A program made the translations under genes and the position numbers. From Bdellovibrio sp. (GTDB lineage Bacteria; Bdellovibrionota; Bdellovibrionia; Bdellovibrionales; Bdellovibrionaceae): a stretch of DNA of 64,000 nucleotides. Below are positions 47,604 to 56,500 of the stretch, in pieces (positions within the stretch are counted from its first letter, which is position 1; each line of letters starts with the position of its first letter). Where the stretch lies: NCBI GenBank assembly GCA_036677065.1, contig JAKFBS010000004.1:320001-384000 (forward strand). Reading direction: 5' to 3'. Under the pieces are notes generated by a model. That model did no database searches and was not told the DNA's origin. It saw nothing but the letters and a program-made list of their open reading frames with translations.

Positions 47604-48965
47604 ATGAATGATCCTATGGGCAAATTATCATTATTATCAATCGTATCAATGTTTATGTTTACCTTCACTTTGGCGAACCACGCGCAGGCTCAGGGTATGT
47701 GCGTAGACATATTTAACGAAGAGCGTGCAAGCATCTTCAACTTCGATAAAATGTCAGAGATTGAGCGTAGTGAAGCTACGGCTGAATTTAAAAAATTCGA
47801 TCAAAAGATTCGTGGTTTAGAAAAACGTATCCGCATGTACAGCGAACTAACTGGTTCAGAGACAAATCGTACCTTAGTAGAAGCTGAAAGTTATGCGGTA
47901 AAAATCAAAGACCAGGTTCGTTTAGGTTTAACAACAAAAGTCGTTGAAAAAATTGGTCCTTTATTTAAACGTTACGAAGTAGATATTCGCGCCGCCGAAA
48001 AATTAAAAATCGAAATTTCTTTATTAAGTGAGTACCTGGTGCGTGAAGCTACAAATGAGAAAAAACCCGAGATCGAAAAGATGATCAGAGGTAAACAGGC
48101 CGAAAAAAATGTTTTAGAAAAGCATATCGGACAAAACTATTACCGTTATATTACTCTTAAAGAAGCTTTAAACCAAATGTCTATCTCTAAAGTACAAGTT
48201 GTTTCTGAGCGCGCAAACATTGTAATAGCTGAACTTGAAGCTTTAGCAACTAATCATGCGGCGACTTATGGTTTAGAGTTTAAAAGATTTACGACGACTG
48301 ATGTAAAACGTTACGTACAGTCAAATATCAAAACACAGCATGCACTATTAAAAAAAGCCGCAGTAGATGAGTTTTTCTTAATGTTACGTTTAATGACATT
48401 CAGTGGCCCAATTGTGAATGGATTAAAGTCAGTACTTTATAAAATTCCAGAGAAAATTGTTATGGGGCCTTTTATGGTTCCGGCTCGCAAAGTGATTACT
48501 GAAGCTTTTAATGTCGGGTATAATAAACATTTACGCAGCACTTATTTAGAAGACATCGAAATGATCATTGAAGCTAAATCTCCGGCTGAACAGTTCGAAT
48601 TATTACGCTCATTAAATGTGAAGTCTGAAAAACCAGATGAATTAATAGAACTATTTTCACGTGTAGTTGAAAACACTGAAGAATGGGAAGCGATCAAGTC
48701 AGTATCAGCTTCAAAAGCTTCTGAAAACGAGCGCTACAGATTATTTAATGAACGTCTTTTAGAAGCTGACAGAAGAGCTTTAGCAAAAGATGCGTTTCCG
48801 CTTTATTACCAAGAGTCGGGTGCAAATGCTTTCGGTAAAATTATTTTAGGTTCTTATGTAGGTGCATATATGGGTAACAAATATTTACAAGCTCACCCTG
48901 AGGTGACGCAGTCATTTTTTGAAGGCTTAAATACTTTTACGACTTCGATTCAAAGTTTATTCTAA
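47604..48965 (+). CDS. Secreted helical hypothetical protein
   Basis: Signal peptide (AQA|Q) then CVDIF; coiled-coil character; C-terminal Gly-rich hydrophobic helix. Confidence 0.75.
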   Translation: MNDPMGKLSLLSIVSMFMFTFTLANHAQAQGMCVDIFNEERASIFNFDKMSEIERSEATAEFKKFDQKIRGLEKRIRMYSELTGSETNRTLVEAESYAVKIKDQVRLGLTTKVVEKIGPLFKRYEVDIRAAEKLKIEISLLSEYLVREATNEKKPEIEKMIRGKQAEKNVLEKHIGQNYYRYITLKEALNQMSISKVQVVSERANIVIAELEALATNHAATYGLEFKRFTTTDVKRYVQSNIKTQHALLKKAAVDEFFLMLRLMTFSGPIVNGLKSVLYKIPEKIVMGPFMVPARKVITEAFNVGYNKHLRSTYLEDIEMIIEAKSPAEQFELLRSLNVKSEKPDELIELFSRVVENTEEWEAIKSVSASKASENERYRLFNERLLEADRRALAKDAFPLYYQESGANAFGKIILGSYVGAYMGNKYLQAHPEVTQSFFEGLNTFTTSIQSLF

Positions 48966-48988
48966 GTTTCGTATAACAATTTGAAATG

Positions 48989-49019
48989 AAAAGGGAGCTT
49001 GTTAAGCTCCCTTTTTTTT
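48989..49019. terminator. Bidirectional intrinsic terminator
   Basis: AAAAGGGAGCTT-GTT-AAGCTCCCTTTTTTTT between convergent genes. Confidence 0.9.
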
Positions 49020-49338
49020 ATTCTTCGCGGTCTTGAGTTTCGTCAGTTTGTTCTGGTGGCGGGCCGTGGTGACCGCGACCTTTACCACCGTGTTCGGGAG
49101 GGGTGAAGCCTTTACCTTGTAAGCAGGTTTTCATGGCTTCACGCTGTTCTTTGCTAGGACGTTCTCCTGATTCGCGTTCAGGCAGGCCTGCTTCTTCATG
49201 GCAAGCATCGAAAGCTTCTTTCATCTCGTCATTCATCATGGGAGGGCGACCACCGCCGCTGCCTTTTTGATCGCGAGCGTAGGCGATAGATAAAGATAGA
49301 CAAGAAATAAGTAAAATTCGAGGGATGAATGTTTTCAT
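49018..49338 (-). CDS. Small secreted protein with two Cys and Gly/Pro/His-rich flanks
   Basis: Signal peptide (AYA|R), GGGRPP, AFDAC...MKTC, GRGHHGPPP; AGGAG RBS. Confidence 0.8.
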   Translation of the reverse strand: MKTFIPRILLISCLSLSIAYARDQKGSGGGRPPMMNDEMKEAFDACHEEAGLPERESGERPSKEQREAMKTCLQGKGFTPPEHGGKGRGHHGPPPEQTDETQDREE

Positions 49339-49364
49339 CGGTAAGCTCCTTTGTTTGTAAGTCT

Positions 49365-49483
49365 AGAATAGAGCCCGAATATTGAAAAAATATGGAAGAA
49401 ACAAATAAACTTTAGTCTTGTTTTGATACGGATTATAATAATCGGCCTGAATTCACAATTCTTCCACACTGTTTAACTAATCT
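49365..49483. promoter_or_regulatory. Divergent promoters, each with a tandem heptamer repeat (putative OmpR-family boxes)
   Basis: Minus: TTCCATA-N4-TTCAATA-N9-TATTCT (49397-49365); plus: ATTCACA-N4-TTCCACA-N9-TAATCT (49451-49483). Confidence 0.6.
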
Positions 49484-49512
49484 AAGAGTGAACAAAAAAG
49501 ATGGGAAGATTT

Positions 49513-51228
49513 ATGAAACATTGGCTCTTATATACAGCTGTAGTTTTTGCGCCTCTTACTAGTGTTGCACAGTATGGTTATGCAAATATGAACTTGCAAG
49601 GCAGTGGTTATTGGGGCGGCCAGCAAAACTGTGGTTATCAGCAAACCCAAAATATCGGGGGCATGCAAGCACTAGGTAAATCTCAAGCAGCTGAAAAATC
49701 TGAAGAAGAAAAAGCGGCAACAAGTCGGATCAGTGATTTAAAAAAACAACTAGCCAGCAAACAATTAGAAAAAAAGCGTGCTGAAAGCGAAATGCAAATG
49801 GCAGGTCGCAAGTCAGAACGCGTTTTTGATTCTGAGATTTTAGATTTCTTATTGGAAGTGCATATCGAAAAAGGTAACGAGTGCAAAAACTATAAAACTT
49901 TTCCGGCAAATCAGTGTATGGATCAGACAGCCACCGGAAGTACTGCCGTAGCTGAAGGAACTGTTGATGCCAGTGGTGCTCAAGTTATCACAAGCGAAGC
50001 TGTTAAATTTGATTGCGATGGTAAAGATGAGGTTCCGGATAAACTAAAAAATAAATGGACGATGGCAGGATCGGGTAGTTACTGTACGGCTAATTCTCGC
50101 AGCAGCGGTGGATCAATCTCGGCAAGTATTTGTAAAGATCAAACTTTACGAAGTGATGAACGTAAAAGTAGTGCTTCCTCTTCTGACTGTGGCCAACAAT
50201 TGACAAGCTATCGTAAAAACAGAATTAAACGCGATGATGTTCAATCTAAAATCGAAAGAATTGAAGATGACATCGAAAACCAACAAATGGCGATCGCAGA
50301 TGCTAAAGAGCGCCAAGCTTTAGAAAAATCATACCGTATGAGCAATTCGACAGAGGCAGCTTGTGAGGAGTGCGGTGATATGTCACGTGATGGCGGGCAA
50401 AAACAAAAATCAAATCGCGACTGGGGTAGCATTTTAGGAAACATCGGTGTGGGGTTAGGTTTAGCTTATGTCGGTAAACAATACGACGAATCGAATGCCG
50501 AATACTCAGCACAATTAGGTTATCCTCCACAAAGCGGCTATCCAACAGCGGTATCAATGGGTGCGCCTTATATCTTGAATGGAGTTTACGGCGCCGTGAA
50601 TGGATCAAGTGGGCAAGGTTCGTTTGGTTGTGGTAATGGCGTAAGCCAACAAGCGGGTATGAACGCATTTGGTTATCCGCAAAGTATGTTAGGCCAACAA
50701 ACGAACGGCGGTGGTATGTACACCATGGGTTACAATCCTTACAACTCAATGTATGGTAACACTTCGAATCCTTATGCAAGTGCATATGGTAATGCAAATC
50801 TAGGTTACGCAACGATGAATAATAATATGTATGGCTATGGCACAGGCACGATGAATAGCAACGCACTTGGCGGAAATAATTACCAAAGTCAGTTGTTATC
50901 TTTGCAATATCAACAGCAAATGGCGCAGTACCAATCGCAGTATTATCAGCAACAGTATCAACAACAAATGCAAGCCTACCAACAACAGCAGCAAACAACA
51001 CAGCAATCACAGCAGATTCAGCAAGAGATTTATAACTTACAGTTACGTTTGCAAAATATTAATACCGGAAACTACAATTATGGCACAACCACCAGCGGTT
51101 TAACTTACAGTGGTGGCTATTATGGGACTACGGGCAGCACTTCTACGCCGCCAACTTGGATTCCGGGGTCGACTAACACGATTTACACGGTGCCAACCAC
51201 CTATTCAACGACAACAAATGGGCGGTAA
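49513..51228 (+). CDS. Secreted protein: coiled coil with Cys-rich insert, Gly-rich hydrophobic helix, Q/N/Y/G low-complexity C-terminus
   Basis: Signal peptide (SVA|Q); GSILGNIGVGLGLAYVG; QYQQQMAQYQSQYYQQQYQQQMQAYQQQQQ. Confidence 0.8.
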   Translation: MKHWLLYTAVVFAPLTSVAQYGYANMNLQGSGYWGGQQNCGYQQTQNIGGMQALGKSQAAEKSEEEKAATSRISDLKKQLASKQLEKKRAESEMQMAGRKSERVFDSEILDFLLEVHIEKGNECKNYKTFPANQCMDQTATGSTAVAEGTVDASGAQVITSEAVKFDCDGKDEVPDKLKNKWTMAGSGSYCTANSRSSGGSISASICKDQTLRSDERKSSASSSDCGQQLTSYRKNRIKRDDVQSKIERIEDDIENQQMAIADAKERQALEKSYRMSNSTEAACEECGDMSRDGGQKQKSNRDWGSILGNIGVGLGLAYVGKQYDESNAEYSAQLGYPPQSGYPTAVSMGAPYILNGVYGAVNGSSGQGSFGCGNGVSQQAGMNAFGYPQSMLGQQTNGGGMYTMGYNPYNSMYGNTSNPYASAYGNANLGYATMNNNMYGYGTGTMNSNALGGNNYQSQLLSLQYQQQMAQYQSQYYQQQYQQQMQAYQQQQQTTQQSQQIQQEIYNLQLRLQNINTGNYNYGTTTSGLTYSGGYYGTTGSTSTPPTWIPGSTNTIYTVPTTYSTTTNGR

Positions 51229-51236
51229 GATACATC

Positions 51237-51914
51237 ATGTTTATCCAAATAGTTGAAGATGATCCAATTTTAGCCCGCGCCCTGCAAGTTAACCTTGAGC
51301 TTGAATCACATAAAGTAGTGATTAACTCAAATTTAGAAAGTGCAAACAAACAGTTGCTGGCATCAACAATTGATTTCGTGATTTTAGATTTAGGTTTACC
51401 TGATGGCTCAGGTTTTAGTTACTTAGAAAAAATTAAAAAAGATTTTTCACATTTACCGGTGATTATTCTATCGGCACAGTCTGATGAAGACTCTGTCGTT
51501 AAAGGTTTAATGCTTGGTGCTAATGATTTCGTTAAAAAACCGTATAGTTACAAAGAACTTTCGGCTCGTATCCAGGTGATTGTTAAAAAACCAATCACCA
51601 AAGCTGCTGTAGTTGAATTTGCCGGTGTAAAAGTATACGAAGACGATCGGTTAGTTAAATACGACAAAACTACAATAGATTTTAATCGTCGTGAATTCGA
51701 TATTTTCTTTTATTTAATTAAAAATGCAGAACGCATTGTTTCGCGCGATTCGTTATTGCAGTTTCTGGATAAAGAATCAGAGATTTTTGATCGCACTATT
51801 GATTCACATATTAGTCATTTGCGTAAAAATTTAAAAAAACATGAAGTAAGTTCTTTAAAAATTTCATCAGTTTATGGCTTAGGCTACAGATTGGAAAAAA
51901 ATGATCAAGCATAG
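51237..51914 (+). CDS. OmpR-family response regulator
   Basis: IVEDD, ILDLGLPD, KP; RTIDSHISHLRK, VYGLGY. Confidence 0.95.
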   Translation: MFIQIVEDDPILARALQVNLELESHKVVINSNLESANKQLLASTIDFVILDLGLPDGSGFSYLEKIKKDFSHLPVIILSAQSDEDSVVKGLMLGANDFVKKPYSYKELSARIQVIVKKPITKAAVVEFAGVKVYEDDRLVKYDKTTIDFNRREFDIFFYLIKNAERIVSRDSLLQFLDKESEIFDRTIDSHISHLRKNLKKHEVSSLKISSVYGLGYRLEKNDQA

Positions 51915-53427
51915 ATTGTTTCGCGATTATTTTTTATTAGCTTCAGTAATTATTATTTTAACGATCGTGTTAGGTTTTTTTGTTTCACGTCTTGTCAGCG
52001 AAAGTTTTAGACCCGAGCGCGTTCAGCGCCAAATGTTGCCGCCGATTTTTTTAGCTAAAACGATTGATAATTTAAATTACCCAACAAAACTTGAAGCGAT
52101 TAAAGCCATGGAGTCTTTTCATGATCGCCAAGGTCCGAAACCATCTCTGGTTCTTATTAATCAAGATCGCCAGATTCTATATTCTGAGACAGAACTTTCA
52201 GACAAAGATCTTCCATCTTTAGAAGTCTTAGCTTCTTTAATTAATGATTACGATTTTCAATTTTACGGTGAAAAACAAGAACGTCCAGGCCCACCAATGC
52301 CAGGACCAGGGGGGCCTTCTCTGGGTGGTCCTGGTGGCCCACCGCCAATGCCAGTGCAAAAATCGGTGATTAAATTAAAAGATACACAAAACGATCTAAA
52401 GAAATATTATTTAGTGATTTTACCGCCCAAAATGTTTGAACCGCAAGGCATGGCAAAATTAATGCCTGTTTTAGGTATTGGTTCATTAGTATTGTCATTA
52501 TTGATCGGCGTGGGGCTTACGCTATTTGTAATTTACTTATCAGTGCGCAAAAAAGTTAAGGATGCCGATTACGTAATTTCAGAATTACATAAGGGTAATC
52601 TTAAAGCGCGCTTTGCCGTAGACCGTAATGATGAATTCGGTCAGGCCATGCTTAGGTTTAATCAAATGGCTGACGAGATCGAGCATTTAGTCAGTCATTT
52701 AAAAAGTGTAGAGGTAAGTCGTCGTAAACTTTTACAAGAGTTAGCTCATGATTTGCGAACACCACTTGCTTCGTTAAAAACGTTACTTGAAACCTTAGAA
52801 ACAAATAATGAAAAGCTTGATTCTAAAACAAAATCAGAACTTCTTTCGCTTTCAAACAAGGAAATTAATTATTTTGCCCGTTTAGTTGAAGACTTATTAG
52901 TGTTATCTCAGGTCGATGATCCAAAATACAGCAGCGAAAATTCTGGCGTTGTCATTTCGCAACTTCTTCAGGATGAAATTTATGATGTCGAAGTTAAAAA
53001 CGCGACAAAACGAGTAGAATTTAAGTCTGATTTCAGCGAAGGCCTGCCGCTGATTGATGGAGATAGAAATTTATTAAAACGCATGTTGCGCAATGCTCTT
53101 GAAAATTCTATTTCATTTGCGAAAAGTAAATTATGGATTTCCATTCGTGATATTAGCCCAACCACATTTAGTATTGTAATCTCTGATGATGGTTCAGGGT
53201 TTAATCCAGATAGTTTATCTGAATTTGGCGAACGGCGCATGACCAGAAAAATTCAATACAATGGAAATGACAATTCACGTGTATCGGTGGGATTAGGCTC
53301 TGTGATTATGAAAAAGATCTGCGAAATTCATGGTGGCCAATTAAAAGCCGAAAATCGCACGAACGAACGGGGAGTCATCGAGGGTGCGATTGTCACCTTC
53401 ACTTTGCCGAAATCAAATATCATATAA
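51901..53427 (+). CDS. HAMP-domain sensor histidine kinase
   Basis: Two TM segments, Pro/Gly-rich periplasmic loop, DEFGQ..FNQMA HAMP, AHDLRTPL, DDGSG, GLG. Confidence 0.95.
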   Translation: MIKHRLFRDYFLLASVIIILTIVLGFFVSRLVSESFRPERVQRQMLPPIFLAKTIDNLNYPTKLEAIKAMESFHDRQGPKPSLVLINQDRQILYSETELSDKDLPSLEVLASLINDYDFQFYGEKQERPGPPMPGPGGPSLGGPGGPPPMPVQKSVIKLKDTQNDLKKYYLVILPPKMFEPQGMAKLMPVLGIGSLVLSLLIGVGLTLFVIYLSVRKKVKDADYVISELHKGNLKARFAVDRNDEFGQAMLRFNQMADEIEHLVSHLKSVEVSRRKLLQELAHDLRTPLASLKTLLETLETNNEKLDSKTKSELLSLSNKEINYFARLVEDLLVLSQVDDPKYSSENSGVVISQLLQDEIYDVEVKNATKRVEFKSDFSEGLPLIDGDRNLLKRMLRNALENSISFAKSKLWISIRDISPTTFSIVISDDGSGFNPDSLSEFGERRMTRKIQYNGNDNSRVSVGLGSVIMKKICEIHGGQLKAENRTNERGVIEGAIVTFTLPKSNII

Positions 53428-53563
53428 AAGAAGAATTTTCTGTGGAAATTTGACAGATGTTTAACATTCGAAGGGGTCTTTTTACCCTAGAGCCAATAAT
53501 TTTAAAGCAATCTTGCCGTCAGGATATTCCCATTCTAAAATCAAGGTGTATCGGGGCACTAAA

Positions 53564-56500
53564 ATGAGCGAAAGCTTAAACGAATCAAGTTTAGATAGAT
53601 ATTTAAAATCTCCATTAGAAATTGAAGTCTTTTTCAACTTTGCAATATCCATCGTGCGTGCACTGAGCGATTTTCATCGCAAAGGTCTTATTCACAAAGA
53701 TATTAAGCCGAAAAACATTTTTTTTAATTCAGAGCTAACAAAAGCAAGGCTTGGAGGCCTTTCTCTGGTTAGTTCTGTACAGACTACAGCCTCAAATTTA
53801 ACAGAAGGCACTTTTGCATATATGTCTCCGGAGCAGACCGGGAGAATGAATTGGCCTGTCGACCGGCGAAGTGACTTGTATTCGATAGGAACAATTTTTT
53901 TTGAAATGCTATCAGGGGAATTGCCTTTTTCGGCGAACACTCCTCTTGAATGGGTTTACAATCACATTGCCAGAGCCCCTGAAATAACGAAACTGAGCAA
54001 GCTAGAAGTGCCCGAAATATTGATGCAAATTATAGTTAAACTCATGGCAAAAATTGCCGATGATCGCTATCAGACAGCAGATGGTCTATTGTATGATTTA
54101 GAATATTGCCAGGCCGAATGGAATAAGAATGGCCACATTGATTTGTTCGTCTTAGGACAAAAAGATTTTCCTGATCAACTACTTATTCCGCAAAAACTTT
54201 ATGGACGCGAAGAAGAAATTTCTTTTCTATTTGAGTCTTTTAAGCGTGTTCTTAAGAATAAAAAGCAGGAGTTAGTTTTAATCTCAGGCTATTCGGGTGT
54301 AGGTAAGTCTGCATTGGTGAATGAATTGCAACGGCCTATTTTTCGTGTACAAGGTTTATTTATTACAGGTAAATTTGATCAGTATAAGAAAAATGCGCCT
54401 TTTCTTACGTTTGTGCAGGCGTTTGATAAATTGATTTTGAATCTTTTAATTCAAAGTGAAGCTGAAGTTGCGGACTGGTCAAAAAAATTAAAAAACGCAT
54501 TAGGAGAAAATGCGCAATTACTTGTTGAAGTTATACCACAACTTGAATTGTTAGTAGGACCACAACCTCCAGTAGCAGAGCTACCGCCTTTGGAGTCACT
54601 TAACCGGTTTCGCAGCGTTTTTCTTAACTTTATAAGAGTATTTACCCAACATGAGCACCCACTCACAATTTTTTTAGATGATTTGCAGTGGGTGGATATG
54701 GCTAGTCTTGGCCTTCTTAAAAACTTAGCAACAGCTTCTGATATCGGATCGTTACTTATTATCGGCTCATATCGCGATAATGAGGTCGATGAAAACCATA
54801 TGTTATCTTTTGCTCTGCGCGATTTGAAGAAAACCAATGCTATCGTATCGAATATTTTTTTAGCGCCACTTACATTTGAAAAATTAAATTCTCTTGTCGC
54901 GGATACGTTAAAGATTTCAGAGGATAAAGTTCAGTCGTTGGCTAAATTAATTTTTGAGAAAACCGATGGAAATCCATTTTTTGTTATTCAGCTTTTGAAA
55001 GTTTTATTCGATGAGGGTAGTTTAAGCTATAGTCGAAAAAACCTTACTTGGCAGTGGGATTTGGAAAAGATTCGTTCAAAAGAATACGCCGATAATATTT
55101 TGCAGTTAGTTATTCAAAAAATTAAAAGCCTACCGATTTCAGCACAAGATTTATTAAAGGGAATGGCTTGCTTGGGAAATACTGTCTCGAAAAACGATCT
55201 AAAAATTATTTTTGACTATTCTGAAGAATTTATTACGTCGACTTTAGCAATTGCTCAAGACAATGGAATTTTGGCTGTGGATGGAGATATTTGTAAGTTT
55301 ATGCATGACCAACTTCACGAGGCTGCGTATTCGTTGATTTCGCCTGGTCAGCATGCCGAAGCGCATTTATATATTTCACAGGTTATGCTCAGTCGCTTTT
55401 CAAAAGAAAAGATAGATAGTAGAATATTTGACGTCGTTGAACAGATTAATCAGTCTTCACAGTTATTCGTAGAAGCGAATCAAAAAAATCAAGGGGCTGA
55501 ATTAAATCTAATAGCTGCTGAAAAAGCTAAAGCTTCTACGGCATTTAAAGCTGCTGCTCACTATTGTACTCAGGGTTTAAAGATTTTACCTTCAGATTCC
55601 ATTAGTGAGCGATTTGAATTATTTTTTTCTTTAAGTTTGCTTCAGGTTCAATGCGAATTAGCTACTGGCAACTTCGAAACGGCAGAGCGATTGTTGCCGG
55701 CTGTATTAAAAAACGCACGTAGCAAGATTGACCAAGCATCAGCTAGACAGGTGCAAATTAATATACATGCAGCCAAGGGGCAATTTGAAAAAGCTTTGAA
55801 TGCGGCAATAGAACTTCTCAAAATGTATGACTTAGAGGTTTCAATTAATCCACCAGCGAGTGAAGTTGAAAAGATTGATAAGAATTTGTGGACACGAATG
55901 ACCAAAATGGGCAATAAGGCTTTACAGCAGCTTCCAACACGGTCAGAAGAACATAAAGATATAGAAATTGTTATGGAAGTTTTATCTAATATCTTGCCGA
56001 GTGCATATTTCATAAATGTTCACATGCATCGGCTAGTGGCCTGCCACATGATGGATCTGACTCTGCGCTATGGAGTGTTTCAGATGTCACCTGTGGGATT
56101 AATGGCTTATGCATTGGAACTAAATATTCAAAAGCGCTACAAGGATGCAGAAGAGTTAGGTGCTTGTGCCAGACATTTAGTTGAAAAATACCAGTTACAA
56201 ATTTGTCGATCAAAGGTATTCCAGCTCCTGGGCGCAATACTTTACCCATGGACTAGCAGTTTCGCAGCAGCCCTAGCTGCCCTTGACGAAGCTATTGTGG
56301 CTGAAAATGGTGACGTTATATTTAAATCGTTAGCCCATCTGTACAAAATGCTTTTGTTGGCTGAGATCGGAACTGAGTTAAATGAGCTAAGTGCAGCTAC
56401 CGATCGAGCGTTGTTATATATAGAATCGCGAGAAATTCATATTTTCGGTGAGCCACTAATTTCGCTGCAGAAATTTATCAGCGAGTTAAAAGGAACAAAT

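Noticed and set aside
50303..51010. 235-aa antisense ORF
   Set aside because: Arises from the low-complexity Gln/Tyr codons of the + strand gene
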